Made by a program: the position numbers and the translations under genes. This document shows positions 22,846 through 37,007 of a DNA stretch of 64,000 nt, piece after piece. The stretch's first letter is position 1; the number at the start of each line of letters is the position of its first letter. Source of the stretch: Selaginella moellendorffii (Eukaryota; Plantae; Lycopodiophyta); the NCBI RefSeq assembly GCF_000143415.4, contig NW_003314367.1:248001-312000 (forward strand), in the 5' to 3' direction. The notes under the pieces were generated by a model. It made no database searches. It was not told the DNA's origin and was given only the letters and a program-made list of their open reading frames with translations.

Positions 22846-23137
22846 GGGCCATTGGCCACTTAATTGGTGGGCCGCCGTTCGTACAGTGGTCTGACGGGAA
22901 CTCGAGTTCCTTGTCAGTGGATTCTCGCGATTTCCATCAGTACGCGGCCTCGATGACAAGAGGAGGAGGAAGAGGAGAAGAATGGCGCCCCATCTCCTCG
23001 GCTTCCTTCTTCCTCATGGTTTTCCAGGGATGAGAGTGATCCTCGGAATAATCTCGTGTTTGACAATGTAGATGGATGTGTAAGGAAAATGTTTCTATTC
23101 TTCGTTAACTAAGACCTCGAGAATTTTTTTACAAAGC

Positions 23138-26100
23138 TCACATTTGCAGTGCCTCAGAGAAGCGTTCTCTCAGCCGCTCCACCTTGAGCACCGACGAATG
23201 CTGTTTCCCAAAATATGTCCGGAAGTTGTCGATCAGTATCCTAAGATCGTGTGACACCGCCATCACGCTACGATAATAGTTGTTCTCCAGCCGCTCGCGA
23301 ATCACGTCCATGGAGATTGGTAGCGCAATCCTGCATTGATTGAAAACCTTTAGCTTCTTTCTCAATCGCAAGAGATTTTTCCAACTTGCCTGTCAAGAAA
23401 ATCCGGCTTGCTCACGGCCTGCTGCAACCTCCACAAGTCATACTCGTCCTGCGAAAAGCAAAAGTTCGTCAAGCCAAAAGCAAAAGCAAAACCTTCCTCG
23501 AGTCTATGATCGATCGCACAAAAACAAACCTTGGATTGGTTCGAGTGGAGCACCTCGTCCACGATGTCGAGCAGCTCACGCACCTTGTCCTGCTCGATCT
23601 GTGGCGACTCCCAAGTTAAAGGATTCTCAACGTCGTGAAGCTCCCAGGGGCAGTGGTTCGTCGTCGATGGCTCGTCCTTGTACAGCACACTGATGCTGTC
23701 CCAGGGGCTGTTTGGAAACTCGGGCGACTTTGCCTTCACCTGAGTTATCGTCCCTTCCCACCAGCGACCACCTTCTTCCTCGTCCGACCTCCACCACACT
23801 TGGCACTTGTCCCGACTGGACCACTTCCTGGCCATGGAGGCCTCGTAGCGGCTTCTCTCCACTATAAAGTCGGCGAAGTCTGTCAGCTCCGGCAAGTCGA
23901 CGCTGAAGCTGCTGCCGCGAATCCTGTACCCGTCCATGAACTCGAGAGTCAGCCGGCAACAAGTGTTCCCCGACACTTCGAGAATGATGTACTCCAGTCC
24001 GGTGATCTCGCAGAACTCGACCGCTTGCAGTGCCCTTTTCACGCTTCTCCAGGGACCATCGTCGTCGAGCCGCTTGTTGTCTAAGTAGTCTTGATGTCCC
24101 TGCGATCGACAGTTTCAATTCAAACATAATTCAAGACAAGCTCGTTGGATCTCTTACCTGTCGGAAGTACACCACCTCATCACCATACTGTGGGATGTAG
24201 CGCGTCCGCTCCACCTCTCTCAAGAGTAACCAGGACACGTTGCTCGGACTCCGATGCACCGTGCTGAGGTTTCTCCTCACGTGGAAATCCTTGTACCTCG
24301 ACCCCACGTTCTTATGCAGCTTCACTTTAAGTCTGCTCGAAGTTCTTCTTTCGGGCTTTCGGCGTCCATTGTCGTCGCTGCTTCTATCCCAGTCCGAGTC
24401 GTCGTAAGACGAGCTAGCTTCCCAGTGTGAGGGACGGCCGACGTTTCTCCTGCTTCTTGTGGACCTGCTGTTGGAGAGACTAACCACGCGACCCTGCGCC
24501 AGCCGTGTACTTCTCCTGCGGCCACCTGAAGCGTGCTCGTCGGCCTCATAACACTCGGTCTGAGTCGCAACTTTGCGAGGCCTTCTCCTTGAGTAGACAG
24601 CCTTGTTCATATTGCGCTTCATTTGTATATCGTCCACGTCCAGGTCCTCACTTGCCTGCTCTTCCTCGGGCTTGTAAGCATCCTCCAGCGACTCACTGTT
24701 ACTGCCTGGTGAAACCTCTTCGTGGTAATCAGGGTCATTGTCACCATCTGGAGCTTCTCCATTCTGTAAGGACTCATTGCTCAGAAGAGTGTGATTCTGC
24801 TCTCGTCTCTGCTGTTCGTCAAGGTAGTCAGCTGAAAGAGACCTCTCCGACTCGGACTCGCTAATGATCGCCCTTGCCACCACCTTTGTGTCTCCATTTT
24901 CTACACGAGTCGCTTCAAGGCCTTTCTTGGTATCACAAGGAACGTCTACCAGTTTATCCTCTTCGGAGCTGCTGCTGCTGTGATAAGGCATGCGAGCACG
25001 CTTGGCTGCTTTCCCCTTCTTCCATATGTATCCCTGTTTGTCGTCAGACGAAACAGCTTCAGTGGGATTCTCGTCCGCGATAAAACCATCTGTTTCTGGA
25101 TGACTGTCATTAGCCTCGGCCACGGGGACCTTAGAAGTGCCTTGTTCTGGTATTTCGAGGCTCCGAAAAGTATCCTCGTTGTTGGACGTTTGTGCACAGT
25201 TTCTCAACTTGAGTACTAACTTTCGCTGAGACCTTGGCCGCCTGCATTCACCCACGTCCGAAGTCTCTGCGGGACTCTTCTTCGGAGGTTCATCGTCTTC
25301 AGGTTCCTGAGTTTCTGTAAGAACTTTCCCGTTGCGTAGAAGCCTCTGGTTCTCGTTCTCTCCAGATGTACCAGGTCTTTTGGCATCCTCAGCGGCCAGG
25401 CGGCGTGCTTCGTCGTCTTCATACTCATGTAAGCTCGAAAACATGGTCAACGCATTCCGAGCTGCCATCCTCATAGGCCTCAATGCATGGTCCGGGTTTG
25501 ACTTTCTTATCCGCTTTCTAGACCTCAGCCTCTGCGTTTCCTCAGGCATCAAAAGAGCATTGTTTGACTCCTCCAAGCGCCTGCGCTTTTGCTTCCTCAC
25601 CAAGGTTGCGAGTATCTGTAGTGGACAATCACCATTGAAGTTATCAGAGACGCAAAAGCTGGACGTACGTACCTCTCTCTTCTTTTTCCTTGTTCTTCGG
25701 TTACGAACCCCATCAGAATCAATTTCGTCAATTTCTTTGTCGGTTGTTTCCGATTCACAGATCGTACCACTTTCTTCATTTCCATCCTCGTCACTCGAGC
25801 TTTCTTCGCTCGCGCAGTAATCAGAACCAGAATCGTCACTCAATCCAGTGACTTCTTCATCCCAGTCCATTGCCTCACCATCCGCCGGTTGTTCTACCCA
25901 TCTGTTGCCTTGCTCGTTTGTTTGCTCGATTGCTTGTAGAGCGGCAACTACTGCTTGAGGCTGATCTTGAGGAATGAACGCTGGATCATCAAACGTTCCC
26001 ACTGCGAGCTGAACTGATGGTGGTTGCCAGTAGCAACCTAGGAGTCCCAGACGACGTTGCTGGTACGAACTTTGATAAGGTTCTGGATAGGGAATCAAGC

Positions 26101-29100
26101 CTGAAAATGAAACAGAAAAATAAGTTGGACGAGGTGAGAAGTCACCAGCTTACTTGCATCGCACAAGAGATCTTGAAGATTCCTTTGATGAGGAGGCAAC
26201 TGAGTTTCCTGTAAAAGAAAGATACTCAGTTTTTGCAAGAACAATACCGGAAAAGAACAACACTCAGGACTAAAACTAAATAAAAGCACTTACATCATTT
26301 TATTTACCTGATCGAGAACGTTTCCACGAGTATCTCGAACAAGAGGCCGATAATCTCCAAGAAAAAGCTACACAGAACCCGAAAAACAAACAAACGCTGT
26401 TAGGAGAAGGATATGAAGCTAATCTTCCTGATACCTGGTCGTATTTCGCATCTTCGTCGTCTTGACTTGGGTAGAAAAAAGGTAGACCTGGCCGACCTCA
26501 TCGGAAACAACCAATGAGGTTCCATCCCTGAAAATTGGCAAACATGAGAACAGTATATGGACATGAGAACAAGCTTACGGTGAAAAGTTGCCATCGACAA
26601 GATTATAATCTCCCGTCTCAAATGTCCTTACTGGACGGCCCTCCCAGATCTAAAACAAAATTCGTGATCATTTTTTTTGAGAGAATACACTTACATCCCA
26701 CACAATAACTCGGCCATTGTAGCCCGCACTCATTGCAATGCGAGGATTGCATGGATGTACATCTAGCACGTAAGTCTAAATAATAGATGTTAAGAAAGAA
26801 TGGAATCAATAAATTCCATTTCAATACCTGCTTGGTATGGCCGGTTAAACAGTGCACCAGACTGCCATCAACCGCATTCCAGACACATATCCGGCAATCT
26901 GCACATCCATGTTATTCCATAAAATTAGTTCGTGAGGTATCTTACCCATAATCGCGGCGAGTACAAAACGATTGTCCAAACTCCAGACTATCATATTAAC
27001 ACCTCGAGGAGTTGGAAGCAGTTTTTGTTGAGGTCCACCAGTTCGAACGGGAGGCTGTGGCATCGGAGGGGGCGGTACTTTCAAATGATAAGCCTTTACC
27101 CATCGACCTAGCTTCAGCTGGAGGAAAGAGGAGCAGTCATGGCATTAGTTACACAGAAAGAAAGGCCATGCACACCTGTTTTCTAGGACGAGGAGACCAG
27201 ATAATAGCAGTGCCGTCTCTTGAGCAAGTAACTATGCTATCTTGAGGAAACCTGAACAAAACCAACGTTAAAACCAGATAGCAATGAGCGGCACAGTATA
27301 CCAGGTTGTTTTGAACTTCGGTATGTTGTCAGGGACGTTGTCATCCTTCAAAAAGTCGACGGGAGAAACTTTGATTGGCTCTGCACAACCACTGGAACAA
27401 AGGACGATTGATGTCAACGAGGACCAAGCCAAAGAGGCGAACCTGAACTGCACGTAGTTAACTACATTCTCGTGTCCACTAAGAATGTCATGCTCATGAT
27501 TTGGCCTTCCGGTGTACTCGTCCGCCCACTTTCTTGCGTTCCAAACCTGTTCTAACAATTGTTAGAAATATAAAAAGTTCACTTTAAATGCTTACCCTGG
27601 CAAGCTTGTCCGAACTCCCAGTGACAAAGTATGAGCCATCTGCATTAAACGCACAGCACTGAATCTGATTCGTAGCCTGTGCTCGATTCTCAGCTCCTGC
27701 AGCTGGAAACAAGCTTTTAGAAAACCGAAAAAACATCGGCAGACTCTTTACATTCGGGTTTGACATCCGGCTTCGGCATGTAGACACGTGAATTTACAGA
27801 AGAATCCCGAGCATCCCAAATACGGCATGTTCCGTCTTCAGACGAACTTGAAACCACGAGATTTTAATACAACTAAAGTGGAAAGAGCAAATTATTAACA
27901 CTTACGATAGAAGATGGTGCTCACAGCCCGGTCGGGGACTAAATTTGATGGCCGTTACGCCCGCCGTGTGGCCACGAAGTATTGCAACCGGAACACCATC
28001 TGGTAATCCCCACTATAGGCAGAAGCGAAATGAGTCAAAACAAAAAACAAAAGCAGAATACTTACAACACAGATGGAGGAATCGTTAGAAGCTGATGCAA
28101 CTCTAGTGTTCGAACTACTTACAGACAAATCGGTTATATCCCCCTAAAAGCCAGGTTTTAGGCACAATATTCGAAACGGATGCAGAAAATAGTATCTCGT
28201 GTCCTCTACAGCTACGAAGGCAAAGTCTATTTTCTACGGACCATATCTTCACAAGCCGGTCGTCCGAGCCAGTGACAAGATACCGTCCAGTACGATCAAA
28301 AACGGCTGCACGTTTATCGCTTCGTTAATAGGTCTTGAAAACCAAAAAGAAAAGAAACACGTACCACAATATACCGCATTACGATGACCCCTTAGCACCT
28401 GGATGATTCTTATTCTGTTCACCAGTACAGAAGGCTTGATGATAACATGTTTCACAGTCTGTGATGCTTTGCAAATCCACCACCAAGTTCATGGAACGCG
28501 GGAGCATGAACTTGGTCAGCTTGCCAATGCGGCCATCGCATTTGTTCTATTCTCTTGGTAGAGATACTAGTAGCATTGCTTTGCTCCGCTGTATGAAGTT
28601 TGCTCGGATCAGCAACGGCAAGATTCGAAAGGTACACGGCTTACATTCCAAAAGCGAGAATGCTCCTGACCCCAAAAGTGTAGGAACGTCCGCGGCGGTC
28701 AATTGCTTGGGAACTTTCGCATCAAGCAAGGACGCGGACGTGTCGTGAACAAGTAGTTGCTGCAAGAGCTTAACCAAGTGGTTGTTGTCAACGTTCTTAT
28801 ATCTGAAAATCGAAAAATAAAAATAAAAAATCCATCCTTTTGTCAGCAAGACAAATCCTAAGAAAGAAAGAACTTGGCGACACACAATACCTCTCGGCAA
28901 CTTGCGCGTAGCTGAGTGGGAACGACAAACCATCGTCATTCTCGTCGGCGGGTGGCGTTCCATTCCTGATGGTACCTCTGGGGCAAGAGCTTGTGCTGTA
29001 GGAGCTCGTTCCAGAGCTGGTCAGTGGCTCTCTCGTAAGGGCCTCTCCTCAGGAAGTGCATGATAACTTCCGCAACTCGATCTCCTCGTCTTGTTCATGC

Positions 29101-29190
29101 AGGTGATGATCAGCTCCAACATCAGACCGTAAAGCCACCTACGTTAGTCAGTCTGCACGAGAGGTTAGCTAAGCTGCATGAAGATTGCAC
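23138..29190 (-). pseudogene. BRWD/PHIP-like gene type A, near full length
   Basis: All domains in order, including PRGVNMIVWSLDNRFVLAAIM, the 655-aa central exon, Tudor-like region and bromodomain. Exon-1 frameshifts with TGA; 16-bp deletion at ~28460; 10-bp deletion at ~26470. Confidence 0.9.
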
Positions 29191-29527
29191 CCGAGTCTAC
29201 TTGAAGACAGAAAACTTGAAAGCTTCGATTCAATGTTCCGTTACCATACAAAGCATTTGAACCCAGTGACTATATGCGATATCCGCAGCTCCAAAGGACC
29301 TCCTGAATAAATAGTCTCCTGAATAAATAGTTACACTCATCCACCTACAAGGAAGTACCAATTAGACAATGCCAGGCCACGTTCATGTCTATGTTCTTGC
29401 CCGGAAAAAGACTTACTATCAGAAGCTCACGACATATAAGCCTTTTTATTTCGAAGAACGAAGATCCGAATCAGAAAAAAATATCCTGAGAAAAAAAAAG
29501 AACAGCTTTGTCGTTTCTATGAATCAA

Positions 29528-30091
29528 CTACTGATCATTGAACCAGCAGCAGCGCCACTTACCCACCACTATGCTCTTTGCACACGACTTGATCAAGCCA
29601 TCCAAACCCTGATCCAGTATTTTAAAAGCCGCACAAAATCTAGATCTAACAAATGCTTACCTGATAGAGGGATGTGGAATAGTCGATCATGACTTGGTTG
29701 TGGGCTGCTATAACATCCTGGAGCATGAATGGGATCCATTTGTACAGCAGTGAGGGAGGATTTGCAAGCGATCCATGGTGCATTGTTGCCATGGCTAGAG
29801 AAGTGAATGTTGCAGCTATGCATGCTGCAATCAAGGAGGACTTCCAAGCACTTCACGATACAGTGAAGGAACCACGGCAACAACGTCTTATTTTATGGCA
29901 CTATGGATTGTTGGCAAATCCTCCCTCACTGCCGCACGAATGCCAGAGGCCATCACCTGGAGATTCTCAGTCACAGCTCCCATTCTTGCACACATGGCAG
30001 ATGCCAGCACCAGCACACAAGCTGTGGTCACGATGCACAGCACACTAATCGCAATGGTGCTAACAAGCACTATGGCAATCAAAAACTCCAT
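29528..30091 (-). pseudogene. TM-CC type A with internal inversion (29719-29870), unit 2
   Basis: Same breakpoints as 5148-5312, plus a 13-bp deletion. Confidence 0.85.
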
Positions 30092-30538
30092 TGGCAAGGT
30101 TTGCAGCAAAGCCTTTGCAAAATCGAAAATGAAATCAAATTTACAGTAGTTATGAAAGACACAAATGACACTCTTACCAGAAGTTCGAGCCGCCCGCCCT
30201 ATCTTCGCAAGAACCCACAGTCGCTTTATCTTACGTACAATGGGCCACTGGCCACTTTCTTGGTGGGCCGCCATTCGTACAGTGGTCTGGCGGGAACTCG
30301 AGTTCCTAGTGGATTCTCGCGATTTCTATCAGTACACGGGCTCAATGACAAGAGGAGGAGGAAGAGGAGAAGGATGGCGCTCCATCTCCTCGACTTCTTT
30401 CGTCCTCATGGCTTTCCAGGTATAAAAAGATTGAGAGTGATCCTCAGACTGATCTCGTGTTTGACAATGTAGATGGATGTGTAAGGAAAATGTTTCTTTT
30501 CTTCGTTAACTAAGACCTCGAGAAATTTTTTACAAAGC

Positions 30539-33500
30539 TCACATTTGCAGTGCCTCAGAGAAGCGTTCTCTCAGCCACTCCACCTTGAGCACCGACGAAT
30601 GCTGTTTCCCAAAATATGTCCGGAAGTTGTCGATCAGTATCCTAAGATCGTGTGACACCGCCATCACGCTACGATAATAGTTGTTCTCCAGCCGCTCGCG
30701 AATCACGTCCATGGAGATTGGTAGCGCAATCCTGCATTGATTGAAAACCTTTAGCTTCTTTCTCAATCGCAAGAGATTTTTCCAACTTGCCTGTCAAGAA
30801 AATCCGGCTTGCTCACGGCCTGCTGCAACCTCCACAAGTCATACTCGTCCTGTGAAAAGCAAACGCTCGTCAAGCCAAGACCAAAACCGAAACATTCCTC
30901 GAGTCTATGATCGATCGCACAAAAACAAACCTTGGATTGGTTCGAGTGGAGCACCTCGTCCACGATGTCGAGCAGCTCACGCACCTTGTCCTGCTCGATC
31001 TGTGGCGACTCCCAAGTTAAAGGATTCTCAACGTCGTGAAGCTCCCAGGGGCAGTGGTTCGTCGTCGATGGCTCGTCCTTGTACAGCACATTGATGCTGT
31101 CCCTGGGGCTGTTTGGAAACTCGGGCGACTTTCCCTTCACCTGAGTTATCGTCCCTTCCCACCAGCGACCACCTTCTTCCTCGTCCGACCTCCACCACAC
31201 TTGGCACTTGTCCCGACTGGACCACTTCCTGGCCATGGAGGCCTCGTAGCGGCTTCTCTCCACTATAAAGTCGGCGAAGTCTGTCAGCTCCGGCAAGTCG
31301 ACGCTGAAGCTGCTGCCGCGAATCCTGTACCCGTCCATAAACTCAAGAGTCAGCCGGCAACAAGTGTTCCCCGACACTTCGAGAATGATGTACTCCAGTC
31401 CGGTGATCTCGCAGAAGTCGACCACTTGCAGTTCCCTTTTCACGCTTCTCCAGGGACCATCGTCGTCGAGCCGCTTGTTGTCTAAGTAGTCTTGATGTCC
31501 CTGCGATCGACAGTTTCAATTCAAACATAATTCAAGACGAGCTCGTTGGATCTCTTACCTGTCGGAAGTACACCACCTCATCACCATACTGTGGGATGTA
31601 GCGCGTCCGCTCCACCTCTGTCAAGAGTAACCAGGACACGTTGCTCGGACTCCGATGCACCGTGCTCAGGTTTCTCCTCACGTGGAAATCCTTGTACCTC
31701 GACCCAACGTTCTTCTGCAGCTTCACTTTAAGTCTGCTCGAAGTTCTTCTTTCGGGCTTTCGGCGTCCATCGTCGTCGCTGCTTCTATCCCAGTCCGAGT
31801 CGTCGTAAGACGAGCTAGCTTCCCAGTGTGAGGGACGGCCGACGTTTCTCCTGCTTCTTGTGGACCTGCTGTTGGAGAGACTAACCACGCGACCCTGCGC
31901 CAGCCGTGTACTTCTCCTGCGGCCACCTGAAGCGTGCTCGTCGGCCTCATAACACTCGGTCTTAGTCGCAACTTTGCGAGGCCTTCTCCTTGAGTAGACG
32001 GCCTTGTTCATATTGCGCTTCATTTGTATATCGTCCACGTCCAGGTCCTCACTTGCCTGCTCTTCCTCGGGCTTGTAAGCATCCTCCAGCGACTCACTGT
32101 TACTGCCGGGTGAAACCTCTTCGTGGTAATCACTATTCCGAGCTGCTGCTGTTGTGATAAGGCATGCGAGCACGCTTGACTGCTTTCCCCTTCTTCCATA
32201 TGTATCCCTGTTTGTCGTCAGACGAAACAGCTTCAGTGGGATTCTCGTCCGCGATAAAACCATCTGTTTTTGGATGACTGTCATTAGCCTCGGACATGGG
32301 GACTTTAGAAGTGCCTTGTTCTGGTATTTCGAGGCTCTGAAAAGTATCCTCGTTGTTGGACGTTTGTGCACAGTTTCTCAACTTGAGTACTAACTTTCGC
32401 TGAGACCTTGGCCGCCTGCATTCACCCACGTCCGAAGTCTCTGCGGGACTCTTCTTCAGAGGTTCATCGTCTTCACGTTCCTGAGTTTCTGTAAGAACTT
32501 TCCCGTTGCGTAGAAGCCTCTGGTTCTCGTTCTCTCCAGATGTACCAGGTCTTTTGGCATCCTCAGCGGCCAGGCGGCGTGCTCCGTCGTCTTCGTACTC
32601 ATGTAAGCTCGAAAACATGGTCAAGGCATTCCAAGCTGCCATCCTCATAGGCCTCAATGCATGGTCCGTGTTTGACTTTCTTATTAGACCTCAATATCTG
32701 TGTTTCCTCTCTCCTTTAGTTTCCTCATCGGCATCAAAAGTGCATTGTATGACTCCTCCAAGCGCCAGCGCTTTTGCTTCCTGACCAAGGTCGCAAGTAT
32801 CTGTAATGGATTATCAGAAACACAAAAACTTCACGTACATACCTCTCTCCTTCTTTGGGTACGAACCACTTCAGAATCTAATTCGTCATTTTCTTTGTCG
32901 GTTGTTTCTGATTCACAGATCGTACCACTTTCTTCATTTCCATCCTCGTCACTCAAGAAACTGGGATAAAGAAGTCACCGGCTTGAGTGACGAGTCTGGT
33001 TCTGACTACTGCGCGAGCGAAGAAAGCTCTCCGCCAGTTGTTCTACCCATCTGTTGCCTTGCTTGTTTGTTTGCTCAATCGCTTGCAGAGAAGAAACTGA
33101 GGCTTATCCTGAGGAATGAAAGCTGGATCATCAAACGTTCCCACTGCGAGCTGAACTGATGGTGGTTGCCAGTAGCAACCTAGGAGTCCCAGACGACGTT
33201 GCTGGTACGAGCTTTGATAAGGTTCTGGATAGGGAATCAAGCCTGAAAATGAAACAGAAAAATAAGTTGGCCGAGGTAAGAAGTCACCAGCTTACTTGCA
33301 TCGCACAAGAGATCTTGAAGATTCCTTTGATGAGGAGGCAACCGAGTTTCCTGTTAAAGAAAGACATTCAGTTCGCACAAGAATAATAGCGGACAGGAAC
33401 AACACTCAGGACTAAAACTAAATAAAAGCACTTACATCATTTTATTTACCTGATCGAGAACGTTTCCATCCAAGAAAAAACTAGAAAAAACAAAAATAAT

Positions 33501-35235
33501 AAATAATAAATGCAAAAACAACAAGCTATTGGATGAAAGATAAAAAGCAAAATCTTCCTGATACCTGATCGTATTACGCACCTTCGTCGTCTTGACTACC
33601 AACGAGGTTCCATCCCTGAAAATTAGCAAACGTGAAATCCAGGATAAATGGATATGAGAGCAAGCATACGGTGAAAATTGTCATCGACAAGATTATAATC
33701 TCCAGTCTCATATGTTCTTACTGGATGGCCCTGCCAAATCTAAAACAATCAAGTGATATTCGTCATCATTCTTTTGAGCGAACACACTTACATCCCAGAC
33801 AGTACCTCTGCCATCGTAGCCCGGACTCATTGCAATATGAGGATTGCATGGATGTACATCTGGCACGTAAGTCTCGGCAATCTGCACATCCATGTTATTC
33901 CATGAGAGCCCCATAAGATGTCTTTACCTTGTCATCCTTGAAAAAGTCCACGGAAGAAACTTTGATTGGCTCTGCACAACCACTGGAACAAAGGACGATT
34001 GATGTCAACAAAGACGCGAACCTGAACTGCACGTAGTTAACTTCTTGCGTCCCAAACCTGTTCAAACAATTGCTAGAAATATAAACAGTCCACTTTTAAT
34101 GCTTACCCTGGCAAGCTTGTCCGAATTCCCAGTGACGAAATATGATCCATCTGCATTAAACGCACAGAACTGAATCTGATTCGTAGCCTGTGCTCCATTC
34201 TCAGCTCCTGCAGCTGGAAACAAGCTTTTAGAAGACCAGAAAAACATTGGCAGACTCTTTACATTCGGGCTCGCCATCCGGCTTCGGCATGTAGACACGT
34301 GAATTGACAGAGGTTCCGTCTTCAGGTCGGGGACTAAACTTGATGGCCGTTACGTGGTCACGAAGTGTTGCAACCGGAACACCATCTGGTAATCCACTAA
34401 AGGCAGAAGCAAAACGAATCAAAACAAAAAACAGGAGGAATCGTCAGAAGCTGATGCAACTAAAGTGGAGGTTCCTACTCTTTCGGGATCAGGAGCATTC
34501 TCGCTTTTGGAATGTAAGCCTTGTCTTTTCGAATATTGCGGTTGCTGATCCGAGCAAACTACTGGCAGCGGAGCAAAGAAATGCTACAAGTATCTCTACG
34601 AAGCGAATAGAACAAATGCATTGGCAAGCTGACCAAGTTCATGCTCTCGAACTTGGTGGTGGATTTGCAATGCATCGCAATAGAAAATAGGCTTCGCCTT
34701 TGTAGCTGCGGAGGTTTGGACTATGCAAGAACTTGGCTGGCTGGCTGGTTTCGATTACTGTGCTTAAAAACCTGGCTTTTTTGTGGGAGGTAGCCGATTT
34801 GTCTGTAAGTAGTTCGAACGCGGCGGTTAATTGCTTGGACACTTTCGCATCACGCGAACACGCAGTTGCTGCAAGAGCTTGTTGCCAACGTTCTTACACC
34901 TGCAAATCATCTTCTTGTCAACATGGAAAACCAATAAAGAGCTTCGCGACACACAGTACCTCGGCAACTTGCGCCTCGCTGAGTGGGAACGACAAACATC
35001 GTCATTTTCATCAGCGGTGGGCGTCCCATTCCTGGAGAAAAATTCAAGGTACCTCCGGGGCAAGAACTTGTGCTGTAGGAACTCGTTCCAGGGCTGGCCA
35101 GTGGCTCTCTCGCAAGGGCCGCGACTCAGGAAATGCATGATAAAGAAATGGAGATCACCTCGATCTCCTCGTTCAGCTCTCTATGTTTCAGGTCCAGTGA
35201 GTCTGCACGAGCCGTCAGCTAAGCTGCATGACCCC
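30539..35235 (-). pseudogene. BRWD/PHIP-like gene type B, unit 2
   Basis: Near-identical to 5987-10910. Shares two inversions; has a deletion at ~32132 instead of the 7631-7964 inversion. Confidence 0.9.
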
Positions 35236-35540
35236 GAGTCTACTTGAAGACAGAAAACTTGAAAGCTTTGATTGAATCGTGTTCCGTTATCATACAAAGC
35301 AATTGAAGTGTACCCAGTGAAATCCGGGTCTGCTGGATAAACAGTTACACTGATCCACCTACAAGGAAGTACTATTAGACACTGCCAAGCCACGTCCATG
35401 TCTATGTTCTTGCCCGGAAAAGACTTACTATCAGAAGCTCAAGACATGAGTCATTTTATTTCGAGGAAACGAAGATCCGAATCAGAAGCTTTTTCCCTGT
35501 CGAAAAACAAAACAGTTTTGTCGAACTTCCTATGAATCAA

Positions 35541-35975
35541 CTACTGATCACTGAACATGGTCAGCAGCAGCAGCGCCACTTCTGTGCGGTTTGCACACCA
35601 CTGGATGATCAAGAAAATAATTTCAAGATTCGCACAAGCCAGAACTTCACAAATGCTTACCGGATTAGCTTGGCCCTGGGCTGCCTCAGCTCGCAGAGCA
35701 TCTCGCAGCATCCTCAGTTCCTCCCTCAAGGCACCAAAATCCTGTATCACCTGCCTGAGGCTGGGAAGATCCGCCTTGAGAACTCCACGGAGAGCCTGCA
35801 GATCCTCCTTGAGAGCTCCACGGAGAGCCTGTAGATCCTCCTTCGCTGCTCCCCTGGTTGAAGAAGCCATGGTAATGACGCTCTTGGTGAGGAGGTTGAT
35901 GATGAGCATGGTTGCAACGCAAGTTGCCGCAATGACAACACAAGCACCCGCGACCGCCACAATCACAACATCCAT
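35541..35975 (-). CDS. TM-CC orphan protein type B, unit 2
   Basis: Open 144-codon frame, near-identical to 11216-11650. Confidence 0.6.
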   Translation of the reverse strand: MDVVIVAVAGACVVIAATCVATMLIINLLTKSVITMASSTRGAAKEDLQALRGALKEDLQALRGVLKADLPSLRQVIQDFGALREELRMLRDALRAEAAQGQANPVSICEVLACANLEIIFLIIQWCANRTEVALLLLTMFSDQ

Positions 35976-36031
35976 GGAAGCTGCGGAGACGACGAACCCT
36001 AGATTTTACATGGAGGGAAAATTTGCTCACC

Positions 36032-37007
36032 CTAACCTCGGGCAGCCCTTCTCCGAAATTTGCTGCAATCCGGGAGCAAGATCTGCGAGAGAGGTCCTGC
36101 CAGGATTTTCTGCGCTGCCTTGGTACAAGCTCGTATAGCTTGGACCTTTAAAGCCTCCCGCTCCCCTTCCAAGCGACGTGATCGATCTTCTGGCAGAAAA
36201 GCTCGGAGAACAGCGACAGAAGAGAAGCGCGAGGCCAATCCACGTCGGGAGAAGCGGTCCCCGATGGTTCCACTCGATTTGGAGGCGGCGGCGAGGCTGC
36301 CTGGCTGCGCTGATTTCGGCTTGGGCACCTCTGCAAGATCATCGCGCATGACATCCTCGTCGCCGTCAATCTGTACCTCCTGTGGAGGGAGAAGAGCTCT
36401 TCTTTGTTGTCGGCACTGCCGGCTCCAGCACTGGCTCTGGCCGTGGCGGCTTGCTCCTCGATTTCCATGGCTCCGATTCGGCTTCCACCGTCTTACCTTT
36501 CCTCGCGCGGTGGCGCGGCGCGACGGCGTCTCCGGAGCTGGATTGGCGGCAGGAATCGATGCTGCTCTTGTGCCACGGGCGTGGATTCTTCCCAACGGTA
36601 GTGGGCCGGAGGCGCTGGATATCTTCCTCCGCGGGCGCATTCTCGGGAATCTTGATCTTGTCCTGGTGATTTCGCGAGGAGCTGTGGATCTTGGCGCCGG
36701 CGTGGTGACTCCGCGAGGTTTTGTGGCCAGAGTAGGAGCAGCGGATCGATCCAGGACCAGGACAGGATTTCGTCCTCTTGTTCCTGGCGGGGGATTGCTG
36801 GTGCCAGGGGTGATCGCCGTCGGCTTCCGGATCGAAGGGGAGCTCACGTGGCCTCGATGACAAGAGAAGGAGGGGGAGGAAGAGGAGAAGGATGGCACTC
36901 CATCTCCTCACTCGATCCTTGGCAGCTCTCCAAGCCCTGTTGGAGCTCCACAGGAAAGCAGCCACATAAAACACGAAGGAGGAACAGCTGTGATACCTTG
37001 GATTCAC
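36032..37007 (-). pseudogene. ORF-X paralog, frameshifted
   Basis: Collinear with 11707-12681, with indels at ~36388 and ~36475. Confidence 0.35.

Larger units (their letters stand above)
3351..27962. repeat. Tandem segmental duplication, unit 1 (~24.6 kb)
   Basis: Same gene order recurs at offsets of ~24.3-24.7 kb (6216/30763, 11216/35541, 19788/44155, 23138/47817). Confidence 0.95.

Noticed and set aside
28960-29075. Two exon-1 deletions in type-A BRWD that might compensate each other's frameshift
   Set aside because: The shifted frame between them contains a TGA.
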